NCBI GenBank assembly: GCA_965199755.1 | Contig: CBDASZ010000001.1 | Location: 288,001 to 352,000 of the forward strand | Source of the DNA: an uncultured candidatus Porisulfidus sp. | Lineage (GTDB): Bacteria > Pseudomonadota > Gammaproteobacteria > Poriferisulfidales > Poriferisulfidaceae | DNA length: 64,000 bases | Reading direction: 5' to 3' | In this document: positions 10,358 through 19,997 of the stretch, one piece after another | Position numbering within the stretch: the first letter of the stretch is position 1 | Layout of the letters: every line of letters begins with the position of its first letter | The notes under the pieces: generated by a model | What the model saw: the letters and a program-made list of their open reading frames with translations, nothing else | Database searches by the model: none | Told to the model about the DNA's origin: nothing | Position numbers and translations under genes: made by a program

Positions 10358-10669
10358 GGGCCGAAGCACCGTCAGGGCTGGAGTTTTAGCGGACTTGATC
10401 TTTGTGATTTCTTGGGTCGCTTCCTATCAAGTGGCTCTGATCCACGCCATTGTTCCAGCCAGTCTTTGCAATGGATTGGTTTTGTTGCAATTGAGGGTTT
10501 CTCCGTGAAAACACTGCGGCTAGGACAATATCATGCTGTGCCTCATATGTATGACGGAATTATTGACATGGGTCAGGGGATTTGGCAATATGGGGCTACT
10601 TAATTGAACAAGTTGATCTGTCACGTGCGGCAGAAATTTCCTTAACTGAACACAATAGGGGTGGGGCAT

Positions 10670-11800
10670 ATGTCTGAAGAAAACAATCGCGTTGTCGAAT
10701 TGACTCAAAAGGTTGAAGAACTGAAAGACAAGGCCTCACGAAGCAAGAGACCGATGAGTGAGGCTACAGTGATATCGGCTCGTGTGATGCCGATATTGAA
10801 TATTTTGGGCTGGGATTCAGAGGAGACGAATGCGGTGGTGCGAGAATATTCTGTCAGAGGCTACAAAGACAAGCGGGCAGATATTGCGCTGGGAGAAAAT
10901 ATGGAGGAATCTGACGGTAAGGTTCTCGTTTTCATTGAAGCCAAGGCTTCGAAGGAGTCGCTGCACAATGGCAAATATATTAGCCAGTTGGAAGATTATT
11001 GCCTAAAGCAACATGTTGATCTGGGGGTTCTGACCAACGGTACCAAATGGGATTTTTATCTGTATCCAAGAGGTGCAGAGCCTCTTCTTGCAGAAGAAAT
11101 TGATATGGAGAATAGTACTGAAACCTGTGTGTCAAAATTTGTTCAAATCCTGAGTCACAAGCACATTTCCGAAAAGCGACATCTACAATTTGCGAACAAA
11201 GCCGCGTTTTGCAGACTGACCGATCAAGTATGGGAGATTTTGCTCAAGGATCGTAAAGACATCAGAGGCCTAGTGCAAAGACACTTGTCTAAGAAGCGTG
11301 GGAAGCCAGTTGCAAAGAAGGAGGAGAAGAAATGGCTTGAAGAGTGGCTTGAAGACAAGATTACGGAATTGCATTCTGTAGCATCTGAAGGGAGGTCGGA
11401 GGAATCCGTCACATCCATCAAGAGTGAGTCTGATGCCAAGCCTAAAGATAAGCCATCCAAAGCTGCCGCATCTAAAGTGACGCATATTGTGGCATTTGGG
11501 GAGCAAATTGAGGTAGAGAAATTTACAGAGGCCCAACTTGCTTTTTTACAAAAATTAGAGTCGGAACATCCGGGCTCACTTGAGCGGTTGGCCCAAGAGC
11601 CTAGGCCTGTTTGCTTTAAGAATACTAACCAGATGAGGGAGAAGGGTGTACCGAAGCAGATTGGGAATATGCCGTATTGGGCCGAAATGCACCGAAGTGC
11701 CGTTGCGCATCGGCAGACATGCCATAAAGCCTTGAAAGCCCTAGGCTTGCCCTTGGGCTCTATTCGGTTTTTTAATGGCGACCATGAGTATAAAGATTGA
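10670..11800 (+). CDS. HsdR-N-like PD-(D/E)XK endonuclease with SeqA-C-like C-terminal domain (copy 2)
   Basis: Tandem paralog of 9242..10357 with near-identical nuclease core; C-terminal PKQIGNMPYW. Confidence 0.75.
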   Translation: MSEENNRVVELTQKVEELKDKASRSKRPMSEATVISARVMPILNILGWDSEETNAVVREYSVRGYKDKRADIALGENMEESDGKVLVFIEAKASKESLHNGKYISQLEDYCLKQHVDLGVLTNGTKWDFYLYPRGAEPLLAEEIDMENSTETCVSKFVQILSHKHISEKRHLQFANKAAFCRLTDQVWEILLKDRKDIRGLVQRHLSKKRGKPVAKKEEKKWLEEWLEDKITELHSVASEGRSEESVTSIKSESDAKPKDKPSKAAASKVTHIVAFGEQIEVEKFTEAQLAFLQKLESEHPGSLERLAQEPRPVCFKNTNQMREKGVPKQIGNMPYWAEMHRSAVAHRQTCHKALKALGLPLGSIRFFNGDHEYKD

Positions 11801-11907
11801 AGGGGCGGGCAGGACTGGTGCGTGCAGAGCGGGGGGATGGCTCGCTGGTCGTTATAATTTAAACTCGAACCCGTATCTCTAATTCTCGCCATATCTCAGG
11901 AGGGAAC

Positions 11908-12246
11908 ATGGGCATTGAATTTGACGGAAAGACTATCGAAGCCACCCCCAACGGCTATCTGACCAATGCCGATGATTGGAGTGAAGCGTTAGCGGAGCAC
12001 ATTGCGCAATCAGAGGATCTGGAATTGACCTCGCGTCACTGGGACGTGATCAACCATTTGCGCGAGGAGTTCTTCCAGCGCGGTGGCAATCAACCGAACA
12101 CGCGCAATTTGGTGAAACATTTCAGCAAGTTATGGGGAGAGAAAATCAGCGCGAAGACGTTGTATGACCTGTTTCCGGGGGACCCGAGCAAGCAGGGCGG
12201 GCGCATCTCCGGCTTACCGGAGAGTCGCCGCAAGGGCGGCTATTGA
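11908..12246 (+). CDS. DsrC/TusE-family protein lacking cysteines (RspA-like)
   Basis: Clear DsrC fold motifs (GYL..DWSE, HWDVINHLR, LYDLFP), but ends ISGLPESRRKGGY and contains no Cys. Confidence 0.85.
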   Translation: MGIEFDGKTIEATPNGYLTNADDWSEALAEHIAQSEDLELTSRHWDVINHLREEFFQRGGNQPNTRNLVKHFSKLWGEKISAKTLYDLFPGDPSKQGGRISGLPESRRKGGY

Positions 12247-12270
12247 TTGCGCCAAAACGGGTTTATTTCT

Positions 12271-13959
12271 TCAGGATTCTGCGGCATCGGTGACAGCACC
12301 TTCCGATGCCGAGATCACACTGCGGGCGTATTTAGCCAGCACTCCGGTTTGATAGCGCGGTTTGTGCAGCTTGAGGTTTTCACGCCGTTGATTGAGTTCT
12401 CGCTTGGGCACTAACAAATTCATCTCCTGCTTGACTGCGTCAATGGAGATTGTGTCGCCGTTGCGCACTAGTGCAAGCGGGCCGCCGACTGCGGCCTCTG
12501 GGGTCACGTGACCGATCACGAACCCGTGTGAGCCACCTGAAAACCGTCCGTCTGTAATGAGCGCCACTTTATCGCCAAGGCCGCAGCCCATGATGGCGGA
12601 GGTTGGAGACAGCATTTCGCGCATGCCTGGTCCGCCGCGTGGTCCCTCGAAGCGGATCACGATGACATCGCCGGCACGGATGCGTCCATCCAGAATTGCG
12701 CGTAGGGCGCGTTCTTCGGAATCAAACGTGCGGGCTCGTCCGGTGAAAGTTTCGCCTTCCTTACCGCTGATTTTGGCAACTGCGCCTTCCGGGGCGAGGT
12801 TGCCGCGCAGGATGACCAGATGTCCGTCAGCCTTGATTGGGTCATTGAGCGGGCGGATGATTTGCTGGCGTTCGGGGTAGTCGGCGACTTCTGCCAGATC
12901 TTCCGCAAGGGTTTTGCCTGTCACCGTCCGGCAACCGCCGTACAGCAGGCCTGCATCCAGCAACCGCTTCATCAGAGGACGGATGCCACCGATGCGCACC
13001 AGTTCCGACATCATGTAGCGTCCGGACGGGCGCAGGTCAGCCAGCACTGGGGTTTTCTCACCGATGCGGGAGAAGTCGTCCAGCGCCAATGGCACGCGCA
13101 TGGAGTGGGCCATTGCCAGCAAGTGCAACACGGCATTGGTGGAGCCGCCGAGTGCGGTGACCACAGTGATCGCATTCAGAAACGCCCGGCGTGTCATGAT
13201 TTTGCGGGGTGTGATACCGAGGCTGAGGAGATTGATGGCAGCCGCGCCGGCGCGTTCACAGTCTTCCCGTTTGGCGCGTGAGGTTGCCATTTGCGCGGAG
13301 CTTCCAGGCAGGCTCATGCCGAGTGTTTCGATAGCCGAAGCCATGGTGTTTGCGGTGTACATGCCGCCGCAGGAGCCGGGGCCGGGGATCGCGCAGGATT
13401 CAATTGCGTTGAGTTCTTTGTTGCTGATTTTTCCTTGCGCGTGTTCGCCGACCGCCTCGAATACCGAGATCACATCAATCTTCTTGCCGCGGTGGTGTCC
13501 TGGTGCGATGGTGCCGCCGTAGACGAATACGGCGGGACGATTCAAGCGGGCGATAGCCATTAGGCAACCGGGCATGTTCTTGTCGCAACCACCGATAGCG
13601 ACCAGCGCGTCGAATCCTTCAGCCGCGGTCACAGTCTCGATGGTGTCGGCGATGAGTTCACGCGACACCAGTGAATATTTCATGCCCTCCGTACCCATCG
13701 AGATACCGTCCGACACGGTGATGGTATTGAAGGTGACGGCCTTGCCGCCTGCGTCATTAGCCCCGGTGGCCGCGTGCTTGGCCAGCTTGTTGATGTGCAT
13801 GTTGCACGGCGTGACTTCGCTCCAGGTCGACGCAATACCAACTTGCGGACGCTGGAAGTCTTTGCTTTCGAAGCCGACGGCGCGCAGCATGGAGCGCGAC
13901 GGCGCGCGCTCAATACCATCGACCAGAATGCTTGAATGGGGGCGGGGAAGTTTGGCCAT
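12271..13959 (-). CDS. ilvD: Dihydroxy-acid dehydratase
   Basis: TPCNMH, SDGISMG, GCDKNMPG and TDGRFSG motifs. Confidence 0.95.
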   Translation of the reverse strand: MAKLPRPHSSILVDGIERAPSRSMLRAVGFESKDFQRPQVGIASTWSEVTPCNMHINKLAKHAATGANDAGGKAVTFNTITVSDGISMGTEGMKYSLVSRELIADTIETVTAAEGFDALVAIGGCDKNMPGCLMAIARLNRPAVFVYGGTIAPGHHRGKKIDVISVFEAVGEHAQGKISNKELNAIESCAIPGPGSCGGMYTANTMASAIETLGMSLPGSSAQMATSRAKREDCERAGAAAINLLSLGITPRKIMTRRAFLNAITVVTALGGSTNAVLHLLAMAHSMRVPLALDDFSRIGEKTPVLADLRPSGRYMMSELVRIGGIRPLMKRLLDAGLLYGGCRTVTGKTLAEDLAEVADYPERQQIIRPLNDPIKADGHLVILRGNLAPEGAVAKISGKEGETFTGRARTFDSEERALRAILDGRIRAGDVIVIRFEGPRGGPGMREMLSPTSAIMGCGLGDKVALITDGRFSGGSHGFVIGHVTPEAAVGGPLALVRNGDTISIDAVKQEMNLLVPKRELNQRRENLKLHKPRYQTGVLAKYARSVISASEGAVTDAAES

Positions 13960-14021
13960 AAAGGTGCTGCGGGCACGAAGTGCGGTTAAAAAGCCCGCCT
14001 ATTCTAGTCTCATACGTTTGC

Positions 14022-14948
14022 TCAGGCGGCTTTGGCGGACGTAGTCATCTCGTGCATTTCGAGTAGCACGCCTTCACGGATTGAACCGTTAGCCGGCTTC
14101 AGCCGCTTGACTTCCAGCAATTCGAACAGCGCATGCAAAATTGCAAGTCCGCCCAGAAACACCTCGACCCGATAGTGATCCAGATGCGTCAGGCGCGCGC
14201 AGACGCGCTTATCAACCAGCACCGCCACCAGTCGATCAATCGCTTCGGCATCAATAGTGCCGTCGGTGTAGCCGAGTTTAATCAGGGTGTTGCTGATGGC
14301 GCGGATGGCCCCGGAGGTGCCGTACAAGACCTGAATGCCTGGAAGATGAATATGCGCCTTGCCGGTCGGCGCGATAATCTCATCGGTGTATTCGATGGCC
14401 GCGTTCCAGTTGTTGAGTCTGAGTCGATCCGTGTGAAAGAAGCGCTCCGTTAATACGGCGCTTCCGACCTGCCAGCTCAGAATGCAACTCGGCCGCGCGG
14501 TGCTGCCGAGAATGAATTCAGTGCTGCTGCCGCCAATATCCAGAATGCAGTTGTCCGGGCCTTGCATGCGCGTGGTTTGCACCGCGCCGCGGTAGATGTA
14601 GTCGCCTTCTTCCTCACTGCTGATCACCCGGATCGGGTGTCCGAGCGCCCGTTCACAGCCGAGCAGAAACCGGTCGTTGCGCTGCAAGCGAAACGCATTG
14701 GTGGCGATGGCGGCGAAGCAGTCAGGTTTGTGCTGCCGGACTACACGAGAGGCTTCTCTCAGACAGTTGAACGCAGCGTGTTGGTACTTGCGGCGCAGAT
14801 CGCCGTTCTTCTTCAGTCCTGAGCCCAGCGAGACGTACTGCTTGAACTTGTCCAGTATCTTGATCTGTCCGTCGTCGTTGACCTGGGCATAGATCATGTG
14901 GAAGCTGTTCGAGCCCAGATCCAGAACGCTATAAGTAGGTTTCATCAA
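14022..14948 (-). CDS. ppx: Exopolyphosphatase Ppx/GppA family (short form)
   Basis: DLGSNSFH, DIGGSSTE and IREG motifs; directly follows ppk1. Confidence 0.88.
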   Translation of the reverse strand: MMKPTYSVLDLGSNSFHMIYAQVNDDGQIKILDKFKQYVSLGSGLKKNGDLRRKYQHAAFNCLREASRVVRQHKPDCFAAIATNAFRLQRNDRFLLGCERALGHPIRVISSEEEGDYIYRGAVQTTRMQGPDNCILDIGGSSTEFILGSTARPSCILSWQVGSAVLTERFFHTDRLRLNNWNAAIEYTDEIIAPTGKAHIHLPGIQVLYGTSGAIRAISNTLIKLGYTDGTIDAEAIDRLVAVLVDKRVCARLTHLDHYRVEVFLGGLAILHALFELLEVKRLKPANGSIREGVLLEMHEMTTSAKAA

Positions 14949-17022
14949 GGGTTCCGTGTGTGTGCATCAGGGCTTCTTGCGCAGCGTAGCGCTTGTGGCC
15001 GCGGCCAATCGCGGGCTGCACGTAGTTGCCGTCCGGCTGCAACTCCCAACTCTGGCAGTTGTCCCGGAAATAAACCTCAAAACTTTCATGCATGATGCGT
15101 TTGCGGATGTCTTGATCCAGCACCGGGAACATGGTCTCGACGCGATTGTGGATATTGCGCGTCATCCAGTCGGCGCTCGACAGATACATTTCCTCGCTGT
15201 CCGGGGTTTTGAAGTAGAACACCCGTGTGTGTTCCAGAAAGCGGCCGATGAGGGCGCGGATGCGGATGTTGTCTGACAGGCCGGGCAAGCCGGGACGCAA
15301 GCGGCATTCGCCGCGCACCAGCAATTCAATGGTGACGCCGGCCTGTGATGCTTCATAAAGCGCGTCAACAACCTGATATTCGGTTAGCGCGTTCATTTTG
15401 GCATACAGGATTGCCTCGCCACCTTCCCGGGCGACCTCAGCCAGCGCGTCAATCTTCTCGAGCAGGCCCTTGCCCAAAGTCAGCGGTGACTGGTACATCA
15501 GACGCAGCTGCGGTGCGCGGCCGAGACTGGCGACCTGCAGGAAGATTTTCTGCACGTCCTCGCACAATTCCTGATTGGACGTCAGCAAGCCATAGTCGGT
15601 GTAGAGCCGGGTGGTGACCGGATGGTAGTTGCCGGTGCCGAGATGCGCGTAGCGACGCAGGCCATGCGCGCTGCGGCGTACCACCAGAATCATCTTGGCA
15701 TGGGTTTTGTGCCCGACCACGCCATACAGGACCTGCGCGCCCGCTTGCTCCAGACGATGCGCGAGCTGAATGTTCGCTTCCTCATCAAACCGCGCGCTCA
15801 ATTCAACAATCACGGTCACCTCTTTGCCGGAGCGTGAGGCGGACTCCAGAATGTCGGCGAGTTCGGAACTCAGACCGGTGCGATAGATGGTCTGCTTGAT
15901 CGCGACCACTTGCGGGTCTGCGGCGGCTTCGCGCAAGAAGCGAATGGTGTGCTCGAAGGAGTCAAACGGATGGTGCAGCAGCAAGTCGCGTTGATCCAGC
16001 ATGCGGAACATGGACGCCTGCTTTTGCACCGTGGTCTGCGGCAGGTTGCTGGGGCGATAGGGCGGGTAGCGCAAATCCGGGCGGTCGATCATCTCCGGGA
16101 AAGTCATCAGGCGGTACAGATTGACCGGCCCGTTGACCTCGTAGACGCTGTCGCTGTCGAGTTGATACTGATCGCACAAAAAGTCGATCACGTCGCGCGG
16201 ACAGTCATCCACCACTTCCAGTCGCACGGCTTCGCCGTACTGGCGTTCCGGCAATACGCCGGCCAGCACATCGCGTAGCGACTCCACTTCCTCCTCATCG
16301 ACGAACAGATTGCTGTCCATGGTGACCCGAAACTGGTGGCAGCCCTTAATTTTCAGGCCGGGGAACAATTCGTTGAGGTTGTCGTGGATGATCGAGGATA
16401 GGAACACGTAGTTGTCGCCGCCGGGGCTGACTTCATCCGGCAGACGCACGATGCGCGGGAGTGAGCGCGGCGCGGTGACGACCGCATACTCCGTACTGCG
16501 TCCGTACGCATCCTTGCCAGACAACTTCACCATGAAGTTGAGACTTTTGTTTTGTACGCGCGGGAACGGATGGCGACTGTCGAGTCCAAGCGGTGACAGT
16601 ACCGGCAGGATGTTACGCTGGAAATACTCTGCGACCCAGGCGCGCTGTTCCGGGTTCCACTCGCGCCGCCGCAAGAAGTTGATGTTGCGCGCGCGTAGCG
16701 CCATCAGTACGCTTTTCTGCAACAGACGGTACTGCACCTTCACGATGTCGTGCGCCTCACGGGAGATTTCCTCCAGTATTTCGCGCGCCGACAAGCCTTC
16801 GCCGCTTTTGCGCTCGGTGCCGTATTTGACCAGTTGTCGCAGCGCCGCCACACGCACCTCGAAGAACTCATCAAGGTTGCGGCTCGCGATGCATAAAAAG
16901 CGCAGTCGCTCCAGAATCGGGGTTCCCTTGTCTGCCCCCTGCATGACCACGCGGCGGTTGAACTGCAACTGTGAGATTTCGCGGCAGTTGTAGCGCTTCT
17001 CAGGCGGACTCTCAGGGGTCAT
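14929..17022 (-). CDS. ppk1: Polyphosphate kinase 1
   Basis: NLDEFFEVRVA, HPFP, KTHAKM, GTGNY and GRFLEH motifs. Confidence 0.95.
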   Translation of the reverse strand: MTPESPPEKRYNCREISQLQFNRRVVMQGADKGTPILERLRFLCIASRNLDEFFEVRVAALRQLVKYGTERKSGEGLSAREILEEISREAHDIVKVQYRLLQKSVLMALRARNINFLRRREWNPEQRAWVAEYFQRNILPVLSPLGLDSRHPFPRVQNKSLNFMVKLSGKDAYGRSTEYAVVTAPRSLPRIVRLPDEVSPGGDNYVFLSSIIHDNLNELFPGLKIKGCHQFRVTMDSNLFVDEEEVESLRDVLAGVLPERQYGEAVRLEVVDDCPRDVIDFLCDQYQLDSDSVYEVNGPVNLYRLMTFPEMIDRPDLRYPPYRPSNLPQTTVQKQASMFRMLDQRDLLLHHPFDSFEHTIRFLREAAADPQVVAIKQTIYRTGLSSELADILESASRSGKEVTVIVELSARFDEEANIQLAHRLEQAGAQVLYGVVGHKTHAKMILVVRRSAHGLRRYAHLGTGNYHPVTTRLYTDYGLLTSNQELCEDVQKIFLQVASLGRAPQLRLMYQSPLTLGKGLLEKIDALAEVAREGGEAILYAKMNALTEYQVVDALYEASQAGVTIELLVRGECRLRPGLPGLSDNIRIRALIGRFLEHTRVFYFKTPDSEEMYLSSADWMTRNIHNRVETMFPVLDQDIRKRIMHESFEVYFRDNCQSWELQPDGNYVQPAIGRGHKRYAAQEALMHTHGTLDETYL

Positions 17023-17082
17023 GTTCAGAATCGACGTATAGAGTGGCGGGATACTCTCATGTCGGGAGGTGCTGGTACGGTA

Positions 17083-18111
17083 TCAGAATTTTCGTAGTAC
17101 CGAGAAGTTAGCGACTTCATTGAGGGCATCGCGCCACCGCGTGTCGCCGATCACATCGAGATTCTGCCGGGCGCGCTGCGCGAATCCTTGCGCACGCTCC
17201 AGCGAGTAGTCGATCGCGCCACAACGATGCATGATGGCATTGACTTCGCTGATCTGTTCGCGCTGGCCGTCCTGAATGACATGCTCCAGAAATTCTCGAT
17301 CGGCGGATTCCGCCTGCCTCAGGGCATAAATATACGGCAGCGTCATGCGGCCACCTGCCAGGTCGTCGCCGATGCTCTTGTCCGCTTCTCCATTGTGCTC
17401 CAGGTAGTCAATGGCGTCATCGGCGATTTGGAACGCGGCACCAAGCAGGCGACCGTAATCCGCCAGCGCCTCAATATGCGCGGATTCCGCCTCTTCAATA
17501 CAGGCGGCGGCTTTACAGGAGGCCTCAAAAAGTTTGGCTGTCTTGCCTTCAATGATGATCAGGTAGTCTTCTTCGCTGAGCGCGATCTGGCGCGCATGCA
17601 TCAACTCCATCAGTTCGCCTTCAGCGATTGCCTTGCTCGCGTCGGCCAGAATCTGAGTTAGTCGGGCGCGGTTGATTTCCGCGATCATGCCGAAGGCGCG
17701 CGCGAAGAAGAAGTCTCCGGTCAGCACGCTGGCGTCATTGCCCCACAAGACATGGGCGGTGTCGCGTCCGCGCCGCATCACGGATTCATCAACGACATCG
17801 TCATGCAGCAGTGTGGCCGTGTGGATGAACTCCACTACGCTCGCCAGCAACAAGGTTGCTTTACGATCGCGCAGGCCACCGAGCGCGTAACCGCACAACA
17901 CCACCAGCGCCGCGCGCAGGCGCTTGCCGCCTGCCTCCACGATATGGCTTGCGATGCGGTTGGCCAGTTCCACGTCCGAGGCCATGTGCTCGCGTGCCAA
18001 CTGATCGACTTCCAGCAGGTCTTTCTCGATCAGTTTGCGTATTTTCTGCAGGCCGATGCGTGAGCGCGGCAAGGTCATGTCCGAGGTGATTTCAGCGGTG
18101 CTTGGACTCAT
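17083..18111 (-). CDS. ispB: Octaprenyl-diphosphate synthase
   Basis: GGKRLR, LLHDDVVD and FQIADD motifs; exact start uncertain. Confidence 0.88.
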   Translation of the reverse strand: MSPSTAEITSDMTLPRSRIGLQKIRKLIEKDLLEVDQLAREHMASDVELANRIASHIVEAGGKRLRAALVVLCGYALGGLRDRKATLLLASVVEFIHTATLLHDDVVDESVMRRGRDTAHVLWGNDASVLTGDFFFARAFGMIAEINRARLTQILADASKAIAEGELMELMHARQIALSEEDYLIIIEGKTAKLFEASCKAAACIEEAESAHIEALADYGRLLGAAFQIADDAIDYLEHNGEADKSIGDDLAGGRMTLPYIYALRQAESADREFLEHVIQDGQREQISEVNAIMHRCGAIDYSLERAQGFAQRARQNLDVIGDTRWRDALNEVANFSVLRKF

Positions 18112-18131
18112 GGTGCTTGGGTATTTTCGGG

Positions 18132-18527
18132 TTATTCCTGTGCGCGCGCCCAGGAGAAGGAGCAGTCCAGTTCGGCGCGCACGCGGCACAGGCCATTGAT
18201 GCCATCATCCAGCATCAATGATAACGGGGTGCGGCTTCTGAAGCGTCGGTGCGGCGTGACCAGCCAGCGTGCGCCAATCTTGCTGTTGCGCGGAAACGAA
18301 GTGCGCAAGGCCTCGGCAATGCCGATGATGTGCTGCGCGCGAGTCAGCAGGGAAGACACCTCCGGCAGCGGCTTGCCAGAGCGAAACTGATCGAGTTGCC
18401 GGCGTCGGGTCGCGCCGCTGAGGTCCAGCAGTGAGACGATTTCATCCGTACTGAGGCTCCATTGATCCAGAGCCGCCATAACTTGACGCGCCATCAGTTC
18501 CCGGTTGACCTCAACGGTGTCGCTCAT
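18132..18527 (-). CDS. Xre/MbcA/ParS (DUF2384-like) antitoxin-domain protein
   Basis: C-terminal WLVTPHRRFRSRTPLSLM pattern typical of the MbcA/ParS C-terminal domain. Confidence 0.6.
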   Translation of the reverse strand: MSDTVEVNRELMARQVMAALDQWSLSTDEIVSLLDLSGATRRRQLDQFRSGKPLPEVSSLLTRAQHIIGIAEALRTSFPRNSKIGARWLVTPHRRFRSRTPLSLMLDDGINGLCRVRAELDCSFSWARAQE

Positions 18528-18817
18528 GTGTCTCGCGGCACCTTTGTGCCGGGCATGGAGACGCTGTGCGTGGTCTTTGGTTCATCACCATAGCGTGGAC
18601 GCTCTGAGGCTTCAAGCCCGCCTTCTTCAAGCAGTTCGCGCTCTCGCGCGGCAATCAACTCGAAGGCTTTGCGGATGTCCTGAATGGTGGATTCGGACAA
18701 CGGATGCTTCATGCCGGGCTGCGGCGTCACCTCGCGTACAATCTGCGACAGCAACTTGCGCATACTGACCAGAATTCGTTGTTCGATGCTTCGTTCCATG
18801 AGCGCAGTGCCGGACAT
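18524..18817 (-). CDS. Conserved hypothetical protein
   Basis: 97 aa; RILVSMRK...TPQPGMKHPLS...IAARERE resembles a small family I recall from sulfur oxidisers; ATGA-coupled to the next gene. Confidence 0.65.
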   Translation of the reverse strand: MSGTALMERSIEQRILVSMRKLLSQIVREVTPQPGMKHPLSESTIQDIRKAFELIAARERELLEEGGLEASERPRYGDEPKTTHSVSMPGTKVPRDT

Positions 18818-18872
18818 CCAAAGCAGTATAGCAATCTAGGCCGGAATCAGGCAGTAAAGACTGGCACGGCGG

Positions 18873-18948
18873 TGGTGGCCAGAGACGGAATCGAACCGCC
18901 GACACGAGGATTTTCAGTCCACTGCTCTACCGACTGAGCTATCTGGCC
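18873..18948 (-). tRNA. tRNA-Phe(GAA)
   Basis: Reverse complement GGCCAGATAGCTCAGTCGGTAGAGCA...CTGAAAA...GGTTCGATTCC...TGGCCACCA, 76 nt with encoded CCA. Confidence 0.95.
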
Positions 18949-18995
18949 ACAAATCTTGGGGATGCCCCGTCCAGATAAGGCGCACAATTATACGT

Positions 18996-19946
18996 TCAGG
19001 CGCGTGTCAGCTGCGCGTGCATTTCCCGAGTGGCTCCCACCAGCGCCGTAGTAATGCCCTGTTCAAGTGCCGAATGGCCGGCTTCCGCGACCAGGTCCAG
19101 CCGCGCACTGGGCCACACCTGATGCAAGGCAAAAGCCTGATCAATCGGGCACACAATATCGTAGCGCCCGTGCACAATCACACCAGGAATCTTCTGCAGC
19201 CGATCTGCCTGCTGCAGTAACTGGTTTTCCGGCAGAAAGATGTCATTGACAAAATAGTGACACTCGATTCGCGCCAGTGACAAGGCGGTATGCGGCTCCG
19301 TAAAACTTTCAATGACACGCGCGTTGTGCTGCAGGTTGGAGCAGCGCGCCTCCCACAACGACCATGCCTTGGCAGCCTTCATGCACACCAGTTCATCATC
19401 GCCAGTCAGACGCTGGTAGTACGCCGCCATCATGTCGCCGCGTTCCGACTCAGGGATAGGCTCCAGATAATCTTCCCAGTAATCAGGGAACAGAATATCC
19501 GCGCCGTCTTGATAAAACCACAGCAAGTCGCGTCTCCGGCACAGGAAAATGCCGCGCAGGATCAGGCCCAGCACCCGCTCACTGTGCGCCTCGGCGTAGG
19601 CGAGCGCCAGCGTGGAACCCCAGGAGCCTCCAAAAATGAGCCATTCATTGATGCGCAATTCTTCGCGGATGCGTTCAATGTCGGCGACCAAATGCGGGGT
19701 AGTGTTGTCGGTCAGATCCGCATGCGGCGTGGACTGGCCGCAGCCGCGCTGATCAAACAGGATGATGCGGTAGTTTTCAGGGTCAAAAAACTGACGGTGA
19801 TACTCTTCGCACCCGGCTCCCGGTCCACCGTGTAAAAATAACACTGGCAAGCCGTCCGCACTTCCGCACTCCTCCAAGTACAGCGTATGCCGCGCGTCCA
19901 CCTGTAGATGATGTGTGGCGTAGGGGCGGATGGCAGGATAGAGCAT
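18996..19946 (-). CDS. pip: Proline iminopeptidase
   Basis: LHGGPG, FDQRGCG, GGSWGS and HGRYD motifs. Confidence 0.93.
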   Translation of the reverse strand: MLYPAIRPYATHHLQVDARHTLYLEECGSADGLPVLFLHGGPGAGCEEYHRQFFDPENYRIILFDQRGCGQSTPHADLTDNTTPHLVADIERIREELRINEWLIFGGSWGSTLALAYAEAHSERVLGLILRGIFLCRRRDLLWFYQDGADILFPDYWEDYLEPIPESERGDMMAAYYQRLTGDDELVCMKAAKAWSLWEARCSNLQHNARVIESFTEPHTALSLARIECHYFVNDIFLPENQLLQQADRLQKIPGVIVHGRYDIVCPIDQAFALHQVWPSARLDLVAEAGHSALEQGITTALVGATREMHAQLTRA

Positions 19947-19997
19947 GAGCAAGCAGGACTTTCCCGGACATTCTATACCTGAATGCCGCGCTGTCGT

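Noticed and set aside
9727-11892. Antisense ORFs of 187 and 222 aa over the nuclease paralogs
   Set aside because: Shadow frames duplicated along with the genes; no coding hallmarks.
18873-18948. tRNA-Phe as an integration site
   Set aside because: No integrase and no duplicated tRNA 3' end seen.
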